This document shows, in pieces, positions 10,572-23,264 of a stretch of 44,492 bases of DNA (position 1 is the stretch's first letter; each line of letters begins with the position of its first letter). The DNA is taken from contig NIVC01004486.1 in the NCBI GenBank assembly GCA_002269645.1, positions 1-44,492 of the forward strand, written 5' to 3'. The position numbers and the translations under genes are program-made. The notes below the pieces were generated by a model. That model saw only the letters and a list, made by a program, of their open reading frames with translations, did not search any database and had not been told where the DNA came from. The DNA is from Macrostomum lignano (lineage: Eukaryota).

Positions 10572-11612
10572 TGCGAAGAACAAAACTCCACCGGCGCACC
10601 CAAGCGAAGATTTTGGAAGCGTGTGTGTGTGTAGAAAGTACGCTCTTTTTCAACGTGGGAGCCCGCCCGTTCTACAAATCTGAACTAAAAAAGATGCAGA
10701 AGGCAATGGGCAGGAGGTGCAGATACATATGGAGCAGCAAGACTAAATCACCCCTGATCGAATGGAGGAAAAGGCGTTAACATGTGGGATGTATGAAAAG
10801 AACTCCACATAGACAGCATCGAATGGAAAGCAGAAAAAGCGCACTGGAGACGGATGGGTCATGTATCAAACAACCCAGGCACCAGCCTAGCTAAAATCTG
10901 CATCACGAGATGGAGTAAGAACCTGGAAGGAGTGAGGAAGGCGAGACTACGAAACCAGACAATCGTGTCCTTCTGGAAGAAAATAGTTAAAAGAGCAGGC
11001 CTCAAGGAGACTGATATCAAAAGAACGGTAACAGACAGGGAGCTCTGGCAAGCACCTGTAAAACAACGCGAGGACCAAGCGAAACAAGAAGAAGAGAAGG
11101 GGTGCACGAGAGGGTACCAAGACGCGGACCCGGGCACAGGCAGAAAGAGAAGAAGACAGAAACAGAACTAACCGGCTACCGATGTCGATACGAGGATCAT
11201 CACGAGGAGGACTGGCAATACATCAGAGAATGATTCATCACAGGGAGGCAAAGGTAACACTCAAATTTAACGGATGCAACGCGACGTTCAACTCAGAAGC
11301 CACACGCAAGAACCGCGCAAAGTGTTGCAGAGGCGGACGTAGCGAGAGCGGGAGGGTACAATGCACAAGCTGTGGACGATGGCAGAGCAGGTCAAATTTC
11401 GCGAGACACGCAAAGGCATGCCAGCCTGGCAGGCCCGTCAAGCAAGTCCACATCATGGCAGTCGCGAGAGTGTACCGCAGCGAGAAAGGAAAATGCCCGA
11501 TTTGCGGACGACTATTAGCAAAAACAAATATGGCGGGCGAGACATAGAAGAGTGTGCGAACGAGACTGACCTGTCCAATCCGAAGCGTCGGCGATAAAGG
11601 AAGAAACAAGAC
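10572..11612 (+). mobile_element. Degraded LINE-A, 3' part with C-terminal zinc fingers
   Basis: R.MGHV motif near 10850; CTSCGRWQSRSNFARHAKAC and CPICG; ends directly in (GAT)n. Confidence 0.75.
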
Positions 11613-11823
11613 GATGATGATGATGATGATGATGGTGATTATGATGATGATGATTGTGATTATGATGATGATGGTGATGGTGATGATGATGATGATGGTG
11701 ATTATGATGATGGTGATGGTGATGATGATGATGATGATGGTGATAATGATAATGATGATGGTGATAATGATAATGATGATGGTGATAATGATAATGATGA
11801 TGGTGGTGATGATGATGATGGTG

Positions 11824-11855
<32 letters not shown>

Positions 11856-11857
11856 GG

Positions 11858-11888
<31 letters not shown>

Positions 11889-12163
11889 GATGATGATGGT
11901 AATGATGATGATGGTGATGATGATGGTGATGATGATGATGATGGTGATGGTGATGATGATGATTGTGATTATGATGGTGATGGTGATGATTATGATGATG
12001 GTGATGGTGATGGTGATGATGATGATGGTAATGATGATGATGGTGATGATGATGATGGTGATGATGATGATGATGATGGTGATGATGGTGATGATGATGA
12101 TGATGATGATGATGGTAATGATGATGGTGATGATGATGGTGATGGTGATGATGATGGTGATGG

Positions 12164-12194
<31 letters not shown>

Positions 12195-12643
12195 GATGAT
12201 GGTGATGGTGATGATGGTGATGATGGTAATGATGATGATGGTGATGATGATGGTGATGATGATGGTGATGATGATGATGATGATGATGATGATGGTAATG
12301 ATGATGATGGTGATGATGATGGTGATGATGATGATGATGGTGATGGTGATGATGATGATTGTGATTATGATGGTGATGGTGATGATGATGGTAATGATGA
12401 TGATGGTGATGATGATGGTGATGATGATGATGATGGTGATGGTGATGATGATGATTGTGATTATGATGGTGATGGTGATGATGATGATGATGGTGATTAT
12501 GATGATGGTGATGGTGATGGTGATGATGATGATGGTAATGATGATGATGGTGATGATGATGATGGTGATGATGATGATGATGATGATGATGATGGTAATG
12601 ATGATGGTGATGATGATGGTGATGGTGATGATGATGGTGATGG

Positions 12644-12674
<31 letters not shown>

Positions 12675-12754
12675 GATGATGGTGATGGTGATGATGGTGA
12701 TGATGGTAATGATGATGATGATGATGATGGTGATGGTGATGATGATGGTGATGG

Positions 12755-12785
<31 letters not shown>

Positions 12786-12889
12786 GATGATGGTGATGGT
12801 GATGATGGTGATGATGGTAATGATGATGATGATGATGATGGTGATGGTGATGATGATGGTGATGGTGATGATGATGATGATGGTGATGG

Positions 12890-12920
<31 letters not shown>

Positions 12921-13036
12921 GATGATGGTGATGGTGATGATGGTGATGATGGTAATGATGATGATGATGATGATGGTGATGGTGATGATGATGGTGATGG
13001 TGATGATGGTGATGATGGTGATGATGATGGTGATGG

Positions 13037-13074
<38 letters not shown>

Positions 13075-13345
13075 GTAATGATGATGATGGTGATGATGAT
13101 GGTGATGATGATGATGATGGTGATGGTGATGATGATGATTGTGATTATGATGGTGATGGTGATGATGATGGTAATGATGATGATGGTGATGATGATGGTG
13201 ATGATGATGATGATGGTGATGGTGATGATGATGATTGTGATTATGATGGTGATGGTGATGATGATGATGATGGTGATTATGATGATGGTGATGGTGATGG
13301 TGATGATGATGATGGTAATGATGATGATGGTGATGATGATGATGG

Positions 13346-13377
<32 letters not shown>

Positions 13378-13426
13378 GTAATGATGATGGTGATGATGAT
13401 GGTGATGGTGATGATGATGGTGATGG

Positions 13427-13457
<31 letters not shown>

Positions 13458-13717
13458 GATGATGGTAATGATGATGATGGTGATGATGATGGTGATGATG
13501 ATGATGATGGTGATGGTGATGATGATGATTGTGATTATGATGGTGATGGTGATGATGATGATGATGGTGATTATGATGATGGTGATGGTGATGGTGATGA
13601 TGATGATGGTAATGATGATGATGGTGATGATGATGATGGTGATGATGATGATGATGATGATGATGATGGTAATGATGATGGTGATGATGATGGTGATGGT
13701 GATGATGATGGTGATGG

Positions 13718-13748
<31 letters not shown>

Positions 13749-13966
13749 GATGATGGTGATGGTGATGATGATGATGGTGATTATGATGATGGTGATGGTG
13801 ATGGTGATGATGCTGATGGTAATGATGATGATGGTGATGATGATGATGGTGATGATGATGATGATGATGGTGATGGTGATGATGGTGATGATGGTAATGA
13901 TGATGATGATGATGATGGTGATGGTGATGATGATGGTGATGGTGATGATGATGATGATGGTGATGG

Positions 13967-13997
<31 letters not shown>

Positions 13998-14134
13998 GAT
14001 GATGGTGATGGTGATGATGGTGATGATGGTAATGATGATGATGATGATGATGGTGATGGTGATGATGATGGTGATGGTGATGATGATGATGATGATGATG
14101 GTGATGGTGATGATGATGATGATGATGGTGATGG

Positions 14135-14165
<31 letters not shown>

Positions 14166-14293
14166 GATGATGGTGATGGTGATGATGGTGATGATGGTAA
14201 TGATGATGATGGTGATGATGATGGTGATGATGATGGTGATGATGATGATGATGATGATGATGATGGTAATGATGATGGTGATTATGATGATGA
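11613..14293. repeat. About 2.7-kb compound (GAT/GGT)n microsatellite with higher-order duplications
   Basis: GAT with GGT, GTA and ATT variants; landmark GATTGTGATTATG at 11652, 11961, 12357, 12453, 13137, 13233, 13527. Confidence 0.99.
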
Positions 14294-14910
14294 CGGCTTG
14301 CCGAAGTTGCGAATAGCTCAATCACAAGGTGGCAGCGCAGACCGCAAGCGAGAACCGTGGTGCCGCAGCAAAAGTGGATTCTGTCCGACCTTAAATCATT
14401 AGCGATTCTAACTCGTAATTGGCCCACAAGTGGGGCCTCGGTGACATACGAGTATATCGATTCCAGAACCATAAATTTCAGTTGCGTCTGCTAATTATGC
14501 TTGCATTTTCTATACTATTTCTAATTTTAAACAACAGCAACTGCCATGCCAAGTTACGGGGGGCCGGTGTTGGGCCTATATGCGCAAATTATTGGGTAAA
14601 GTATCGCAAGTACATTCGGTGGAATTATTTGGCAGATTAAATCAATTATGGAAGCGTAGAGCAAGATTAAATTGATTTGTTTTAATGCATGAATTTAAAA
14701 TGGATCCTTTCTCGGAAATGCGAGGGCGTCACGCACACAGTTTAGTGGCGCAGAACCAGGTTTAGAGTGCTGCAGCGCATTAACTCCACTTCAATCAGCC
14801 GGCAGTTGGATTAGCAACTATTTGGGAGTTCATTGTATTGAACAATTTTAATTCATCAGTATAGCTATATTGGTTTGGTTCATACTGAAAAGATAACATT
14901 GGTATTTCTT

Positions 14911-17900
14911 TGCCACTATCCCAGTCTTTTAGTGCAGAATGCCACTATCCCAGTCTTTTAGTGCAGAATGCCACTATCCCAGTCTTTTAGTGCAGAATGC
15001 CACTATCCCAGTCTTCTTAGTGCAGAATGCCACTATCCCAGTCTTTTAGTGCAGAATGCCACTATCCCAGTCTTTTAGTGCAGAATGCCACTATCCCAGT
15101 CTTTTAGTGCAGAATGCCACTATCCCAGTCTTTTAGTGCAGAATGCCACTATCCCAGTCTTCTTAGTGCAGAATGCCACTATCCCAGTCTTTTAGTGCAG
15201 AATGCCACTATCCCAGTCTTTTAGTGCAGAATGCCACTATCCCAGTCTTTTAGTGCAGAATGCCACTATCCCAGTCTTCTTAGTGCAGAATGCCACTATC
15301 CCAGTCTTTTAGTGCAGAATGCCACTATCCCAGTCTTTTAGTGCAGAATGCCACTATCCCAGTCTTTTAGTGCAGAATGCCACTATCCCAGTCTTTTAGT
15401 GCAGAATGCCACTATCCCAGTCTTTTAGTGCAGAATGCCACTATCCCAGTCTTCTTAGTGCAGAATGCCACTATCCCAGTCTTTTAGTGCAGAATGCCAC
15501 TATCCCAGTCTTTTAGTGCAGAATGCCACTATCCCAGTCTTTTAGTGCAGAATGCCACTATCCCAGTCTTTTAGTGCAGAATGCCACTATCCCAGTCTTT
15601 TAGTGCAGAATGCCACTATCCCAGTCTTTTAGTGCAGAATGCCACTATCCCAGTCTTTTAGTGCAGAATGTCACTATCCCAGTCTTTTAGTGCAGAATGC
15701 CACTATCCCAGTCTTTGTAGTGCAGAATGCCACTATCCCAGTCTTTTTAGTGCAGAATGCCACTATCCCAGTCTTTGTAGTGCAGAATGCCACTATCCCA
15801 GTCTTTTAGTGCAGAATGCCACTATCCCAGTCTTTGTAGTGCAGAATGCCACTATCCCAGTCTTTTAGTGCAGAATGCCACTATCCCAGTCTTCTTAGTG
15901 CAGAATGCCACTATCCCAGTCTTTTTAGTGCAGAATGTCACTATCCCAGTCTTTTAGTGCAGAATGCCACTATCCCAGTCTTTTAGTGCAGAATGTCACT
16001 ATCCCAGTCTTTTAGTGCAGAATGTCACTATCCCAGTCTTTTAGTGCAGAATGCCACTATCCCAGTCTTTTAGTGCAGAATGTCACTATCCCAGTCTTTT
16101 AGTGCCGAATGCCACTATCCCAGTCTTTTAGTGCAGAATGTCACTATCCCAGTCTTTTAGTGCAGAATGCCACTATCCCAGTCTTTTAGTGCAGAATGTC
16201 ACTATCCCAGTCTTTTAGTGCAGAATGCCACTATCCCAGTCTTTTAGTGCAGAAAGCCACTATCCCAGTCTTTTAGTGCAGAATGCCACTATCCCAGTCT
16301 TTTTAGTGCAGAATGCCACTATCCCTGTCTTTTTAGTGCAGAATGCCACTATCCCAGTCTTTTAGTGCAGAATGTCACTATCCCAGTCTTTTAGTGCAGA
16401 ATGCCACTATCCCAGTCTTTTAGTGCAGAATGCCACTATCCCAGTCTTTTAGTGCAGAATGTCACTATCCCAGTCTTTTAGTGCAGAATGCCACTATCCC
16501 AGTCTTTTAGTGCAGAATGCCACTATCCCAGTCTTTTAGTGCAGAAAGCCACTATCCCAGTCTTTTAGTGCAGAATGCCACTATCCCAGTCTTTTAGTGC
16601 AGAATGCCACTATCCAGTCTTTTAGTGCAGAAAGCCACTATCCCAGTCTTTTAGTGCAGAAAGCCACTATCCCAGTCTTTTAGTGCAGAATGTCACTATC
16701 CCAGTCTTTTAGTGCAGAATGCCACTATCCCAGTATTTTAGTGCAGAATGTCACTATCCCAGTCTTTTAGTGCAGAATGTCACTATCCCAGTCTTTTAGT
16801 GCAGAATGCCACTATCCCAGTCTTTTAGTGCAGAATGCCACTATCCCAGTCTTTTAGTGCAGAATGCCACTATCCCAGTCTTTTAGTGCAGAATGCCACT
16901 ATCCCAGTCTTTTAGTGCAGAATGTCACTATCCCAGTCTTTTAGTGCAGAATGCCACTATCCCAGTCTTTTAGTGCAGAATGCCACTATCCCAGTCTTTT
17001 AGTGCAGAAAGCCACTATCCCAGTCTTTTAGTGCAGAATGCCACTATCCCAGTCTTTTAGTGCAGAATGCCACTATCCCAGTCTTTTAGTGCAGAAAGCC
17101 ACTATCCCAGTCTTTTAGTGCAGAAAGCCACTATCCCAGTCTTTTAGTGCAGAATGTCACTATCCCAGTCTTTTAGTGCAGAATGCCACTATCCCAGTAT
17201 TTTAGTGCAGAATGTCACTATCCCAGTCTTTTAGTGCAGAATGTCACTATCCCAGTCTTTTAGTGCAGAATGCCACTATCCCAGTCTTTTAGTGCAGAAT
17301 GCCACTATCCCAGTCTTTTAGTGCAGAATGCCACTATCCCAGTCTTTTAGTGCAGAATGCCACTATCCCAGTCTTTTAGTGCAGAATGTCACTATCCCAG
17401 TCTTTTAGTGCAGAATGCCACTATCCCAGTCTTTTAGTGCAGAATGCCACTATCCCAGTCTTTTAGTGCAGAATGTCACTATCCCAGTCTTTTAGTGCAG
17501 AATGCCACTATCCCAGTCTTTTAGTGCAGAATGTCACTATCCCAGTCTTTTAGTGCAGAATGCCACTATCCCAGTCTTTTAGTGCAGAATGCCACTATCC
17601 CAGTCTTTTTAGTGCAGAATGCCACTATCCCAGTCTTTTAGTGCAGAATGTCACTATCCCAGTCTTTTAGTGCAGAATGTCACTATCCCAGTCTTTTAGT
17701 GCAGAATGCCACTATCCCAGTCTTTTAGTGCAGAATTTCACTATCCCAGTCTTTTAGTGCAGAATGTCACTATCCCAGTCTTTTAGTGCAGAATGCCACT
17801 ATCCCAGTCTTTTAGTGCAGAATGCCACTATCCCAGTCTTTTTAGTGCAGAATGCCACTATCCCAGTCTTTTAGTGCAGAATGTCACTATCCCAGTCTTT

Positions 17901-19734
17901 TAGTGCAGAATGTCACTATCCCAGTCTTTTAGTGCAGAATGCCACTATCCCAGTCTTTTAGTGCAGAATGCCACTATCCCAGTCTTTTAGTGCAGAATGC
18001 CACTATCCCAGTCTTTTAGTGCAGAATGTCACTATCCCAGTCTTTTAGTGCAGAATGCCACTATCCCAGTCTTTTAGTGCAGAATGTCACTATCCCAGTC
18101 TTTTAGTGCAGAATGCCACTATCCCAGTCTTTTAGTGCAGAATGCCACTATCCCAGTCTTTTTAGTGCAGAATGCCACTATCCCAGTCTTTTAGTGCAGA
18201 ATGCCACTATCCCAGTCTTTTAGTGCAGAATGCCACTATCCCAGTCTTTTAGTGCAGAATGCCACTATCCCTGTTTTTTTAGTGCAGAATGCCACTATCC
18301 CAGTCTTTTAGTGCAGAATGCCACTATCCCTGTTTTTTTAGTGCAGAATGCCACTATCCCAGTCTTTTAGTGCAGAATGTCACTATCCCAGTCTTTTAGT
18401 GCAGAATTCCACTATCCCTGTCTTTTTAGTGCAGAATGCCACTATCCCAGTCTTTTAGTGCAGAATGCCACTATCCCAGTCTTTGTAGTGCAGAATGCCA
18501 CTATCCCAGTCTTTAAGTGCAGAATTTCACTATCCCAGTCTTTGTAGTGCAGAATGCCACTATCCCAGTATTTTAGTGCAGAATTTCACTATCCCAGTCT
18601 TTTAGTGCAGAATGCCACTATCCCAGTCTTTTAGTGCAGAATGTCACTATCCCAGTCTTTTAGTGCAGAATGCCACTATCCCAGTCTTTTAGTGCAGAAT
18701 GCCACTATCCCAGTCTTTTAGTGCAGAATGTCACTATCCCAGTCTTTTAGTGCAGAATGTCACTATCCCAGTCTTTTAGTGCAGAATGCCACTATCCCAG
18801 TATTTTAGTGCAGAATGCCACTATCCCAGTCTTTTAGTGCAGAATGTCACTATCCCAGTCTTTTAGTGCAGAATGTCACTATCCCAGTCTTTTAGTGCAG
18901 AATGTCACTATCCCAGTCTTTTAGTGCAGAATGTCACTATCCCAGTCTTTAAGTGCAGAATGTCACTATCCCAGTCTTTTAGTGCAGAATGCCACTATCC
19001 CAGTCTTTTAGTGCAGAATGTCACTATCCCAGTCTTTTAGTGCAGAATGCCACTATCCCAGTCTTTTAGTGCAGAATGCCACTATCCCAGTCTTTTAGTG
19101 CAGAATGCCACTATCCCTGTTTTTTTAGTGCAGAATGCCACTATCCCAGTCTTTTAGTGCAGAATGCCACTATCCCAGTCTTTTTAGTGCAGAATGCCAC
19201 TATCCCTGTCTTTTTAGTGCAGAATGCCACTATCCCAGTCTTTTAGTGCAGAATGCCACTATCCCAGTCTTTTAGTGCAGAATGCCACTATCCCAGTCTT
19301 TTAGTGCAGAATGCCACTATCCCAGTCTTTTAGTGCAGAATGCCACTATCCCAGTCTTTTAGTGCAGAATGCCACTATCCCAGTCTTTTAGTGCAGAATG
19401 TCACTATCCCAGTCTTTTAGTGCAGAATGTCACTATCCCAGTCTTTTAGTGCAGAATGTCACTATCCCAGTCTTTTAGTGCAGAATGCCACTATCCCAGT
19501 CTTTTAGTGCAGAATGTCACTATCCCAGTCTTTTAGTGCAGAATGCCACTATCCCAGTCTTTTAGTGCAGAATGCCACTATCCCAGTCTTTTAGTGCAGA
19601 ATGTCACTATCCCAGTCTTTTAGTGCAGAATGTCACTATCCCAGTCTTTTAGTGCAGAATGCCACTATCCCAGTCTTTTAGTGCAGAATGCCACTATCCC
19701 AGTCTTTGTAGTACAGAATGCCACTATCCCAGTC
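14911..19734. repeat. 29-bp satellite, about 165 copies
   Basis: Unit GCCACTATCCCAGTCTTTTAGTGCAGAAT, with GTCAC and CTTCTT/CTTTGT variants; no spacers. Confidence 0.99.
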
Positions 19735-20023
19735 CTTCAGCGATGTGTCAATTTAACTTGAGCACACTATATTGACGCTCAATATGCACCCAAATGAGCA
19801 CTCACCTGTTTCTCAGACATGCCCAGATAATAATTAGATTAGATTTGACCTCAGGAGCAACTTAATCAGACAAATTAAGCCGAATTTCTTGCTCAAATCA
19901 GTTCCAGTCAGCGCCACTCACTCCAGCCATCTGCCGCAATAAAGTGCAGCAACAGACAAATCTGCATGGCTAACTAATATTAATGAAGCAATAATAAAAC
20001 ATTTCCCAGGCACGCGCTATCAA

Positions 20024-20551
20024 CCTAACTCTCCTCACAATGTCCACCTAACTCTCCTCACAATGTCCACCTAACTCTACTCACAATGTCCACCTAACTC
20101 TACTCACAATGTCCACCTAACTCTACTCACAATGTCCACCTAACTCTCCTCACAATGTCCACCTAACTCTCCTCACAATGTCCACCTAACTCTACTCACA
20201 ATGTCCACCTAACTCTCCTCACAATGTCCACCTAACTCTCCTCACAATGTCCACCTAACTCTCCTCACAATGTCCACCTAACTCTACTCACAATGTCCAC
20301 CTAACTCTACTCACAATGTCCACCTAACTCTACTCACAATGTCCACCTAACTCTCCTCACAATGTCCACCTAACTCTCCTCACAATGTCCACCTAACTCT
20401 CCTCACAATGTCCACCTAACTCTACTCACAATGTCCACCTAACTCTCCTCACAATGTCCACCTAACTCTCCTCACAATGTCCACCTAACTCTCCTCACAA
20501 TGTCCACCTAACTCTCCTCACAATGTCCACCTAACTCTACTCAAAATGTCC
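20024..20551. repeat. 23-bp minisatellite, about 23 copies
   Basis: Unit CCTAACTCT(C/A)CTCACAATGTCCA. Confidence 0.98.
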
Positions 20552-21521
20552 GAACCCTTTACCCACCTTTATTACTCGCAGCTCAGTGGGCCCCTCTTCA
20601 CTGCCGTCATCTCGCCATCAGGTTTAAGGGAGGCTTGTCGCAGAGTTGTGCCGAACAGAGGCTAAGGAAGGATTTCCGAGTCGACTCAATCAAAAATCTA
20701 TAAAAGTTCGTCCCTTTTTAGGCTGCCCAGCCATGTGACCCTGTCGGGGCAGCCTCTAAGCCAGAGCTCTCCTTCGCTAAGCCTATTTCTTAGCTGCCCT
20801 AATTCTGCCGCAGCTCAAATCCCCATGAGCAGCTTACTCGTAATCACGGCGAGTGTCTGACTGCCTTTATTGCCAATTCTGCACTGGCCCGAGATGCTCG
20901 CTTAATCTCTTCAATTGATTAATTATTTTGCTGCTTTGTGACGGATTCACAGAAGGTCTTCACCGCCTTCCAACATCTTCCAGAGGGGGGAGGGGCGATT
21001 CGCTGGAGGGCTGCTGTGAGCCCCCTGGCATGTACACTCTGTGTGCCTTGGGTGTTGGCCCTCATGGCTGTGGATGAACGAAATTGGCTGAACACGGATC
21101 GAACCAGGGATCGCGGCAGGAGAGTCAGACAAGGGCGACTCTCGATGGAGCGTTGGGAAGGTACTCTCGGCTGAATGGGGCCAAATGAAGTGGATGATGA
21201 ATAAAGCAGATTTTGAGAAATTCCCAGAAATCTTCACTGCCATTTTCTGGCAAATCAAATGATGACGGATGACTACGGAGGGCTGTAGGAAGCTGGCTGC
21301 AGAGAATCGGGTGGAAAAATGGAGTTTGGGCTTCCAAAAAGCTGGAAACTCCTGCCCTAACTCTAATCCCTAATGGCGGTGGATGGCTGGCCGTGCGAAC
21401 CAATCAGGGGCGGACGCAGCAGTTGCTACTTATTCTGCAGCAGAAATTGGATTGGCAAGCCGATTTCAAGCACAGACAGAACAGCAAAAGCAGAAATTGC
21501 AGAGCTGAGACACGCAGAGCC

Positions 21522-22664
21522 ATGGAGACGCCGGCATCCTCCCTGCTGTTCGGGTTGCCCAACTGCAGCCTGCCGAATGACAGCAACAGCTACTTTGACA
21601 ACGGCGGCCAGATGGCGGGCCAGGACCCGCTGGTCCGCTACCTCCTGCTGTTCTACTCCATCGTGTTCCTGCTGGTTGGCGTTCCGGCCGACCTGCTCTC
21701 CATGCTGCTCTGGTGCCGCCGGATCAGCAGCTCGCAGGGCTCCACAGCGCTGTTCCTGACTGTGCTGTGCGCCGTAGACACCCTCGTGCTGGCGCAGGGC
21801 TGCCTGAGACACCTGGCCATTACTGTCACCTGCCGCGATCCCCGGATGTTGCTAGGCTGCAGCTGGCCGCTGTTCCTGTACACCTGGCTCAGCAACACGT
21901 CCGTGTGGATCATCTGCCTGATGTGCGTCGAGCGCCTCGTCTGCGTCTGCTGGCCGTTCAGCATGAAGTCCGTCTGCCAGCTGCGCAACGGTGCCGCCGC
22001 CCTGGCTGTGGTCGCCAGCCTGCTGGCCACCTGCGACCTGCCGCTGCTGTTCATTGTCGAGCCGGAGACCTGCAGTGAGCGCGCCGAGTTCGAGACTCTC
22101 AGACAAGCGTTCAACATAGTCGACTCCATCGTGTACTCCTACCTGCCTTTCGCTCTCATCGTCTCTCTCAACGCCGTCATTTTGGTCCGTCTGGGTCGTC
22201 AGCGGCAGAGACTGGCTGCCGCGGCCTCTCGCAGCGGCGGCCGCGGCGCGGGAGGCGGCAACGGCGGCGGCGGCGGTCGCCAGGCTTCGAACAAGATCTT
22301 CGTGACCGTGTTCGCCATGGCTGTCTGCCACCTGCTGTTCACGGCGCCCGTCGTGGTCTGGTACCACGGCTTCTCGGATCTGTGCGACATGGACTCGCTC
22401 ATGTGCAGCCGCATCGAGCTGATCTGCCAGATTCTGGAGCGGCTGAATCACCTCATCCACTTCTTCATCTTTAGCTTTACCTCGTCGCTGTTCATGACCG
22501 ATCTGAAGGCCCTGCTAAACCGCTTGCCGGCCTGTCGGAGCGTCGGGAATCCGCGACCGGCCGCCGACCGGACGCAGGGGAAGCAGCAGCGGCAGCAGCA
22601 GCCGACGGCAGCGACGTTCGAGCTGCAGGAGACTCAACAGCGGCTGCTGCCTTCATCAAACTAA
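21522..22664 (+). CDS. Intronless class A (rhodopsin-like) GPCR, invertebrate peptide-receptor type, 380 aa
   Basis: Seven hydrophobic segments; N-terminal NCS/NDS sequons; LCAVD in TM2, CVERL at the DRY position, YSYLPF in TM5, LLFTAP in TM6, NHLIHFFIF in TM7; ATG at 21522 chosen over the upstream non-ATG start. Confidence 0.9.
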   Translation: METPASSLLFGLPNCSLPNDSNSYFDNGGQMAGQDPLVRYLLLFYSIVFLLVGVPADLLSMLLWCRRISSSQGSTALFLTVLCAVDTLVLAQGCLRHLAITVTCRDPRMLLGCSWPLFLYTWLSNTSVWIICLMCVERLVCVCWPFSMKSVCQLRNGAAALAVVASLLATCDLPLLFIVEPETCSERAEFETLRQAFNIVDSIVYSYLPFALIVSLNAVILVRLGRQRQRLAAAASRSGGRGAGGGNGGGGGRQASNKIFVTVFAMAVCHLLFTAPVVVWYHGFSDLCDMDSLMCSRIELICQILERLNHLIHFFIFSFTSSLFMTDLKALLNRLPACRSVGNPRPAADRTQGKQQRQQQPTAATFELQETQQRLLPSSN

Positions 22665-23264
22665 TTAAGCAGCCAAGATGATTTAATAGAAGAACTCTGT
22701 GAACTATGAACGTGACTGATTGAGTCATCACCATGTAGCACACGCACATTTGCACCCACATCTCATTCTCACTCTCCCAGCACCCCTATCTATGTTGATT
22801 TCTTGTGGCAGTCATTGTTATTTTATTGCTATCGTCCCGCTTGAAATGCCAGCCGCTTTGGCAGTGAAAAAATCCCATTTTTCCCAACGACAGAAATGAT
22901 GAACGGCATCAGTTGTTAAACGATATCATCCGAAGTAGATATTTAGAACGATTCTCATAAAAAAGGATATTGCGCTACAGTTTGGACAGATTCTCTGCAA
23001 CATCTTAATGAAAATATACTACATGTATACTCATATTTCTGTTGTTTATATAGCTGACCATCGATCCAAGAAAATGACCGCCTCTGCATTGGCAACAGCG
23101 CACAGCAAAATAAATTGTTTTTGAGCTTATTGCTTTCAATTCTATCATCCGATATTGCAGAGGTTCTCTGGGTTTTCTTAATGTCCTTTTGGATCGTGTC
23201 TCCAAACAGAATTTACGTCCCTTCCTAACCCTCCATCACTCGCCTCCCACTGCCCCCCCCCTAA

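Noticed and set aside
11238-14472. Three ORFs of about 1000 aa (poly-Ile/Thr, poly-His, poly-Met/Val)
   Set aside because: Stop-free translations of the (GAT)n array; no sign of real coding function
14911-19734. CRISPR-like 29-bp repeat with dyad symmetry
   Set aside because: Units are head-to-tail without unique spacers, there are no cas genes, and the context is eukaryotic
20024-20551. Telomere-like repeat (CCTAAC)
   Set aside because: CCTAAC is only part of a 23-bp unit; not a TTAGG/TTAGGG array
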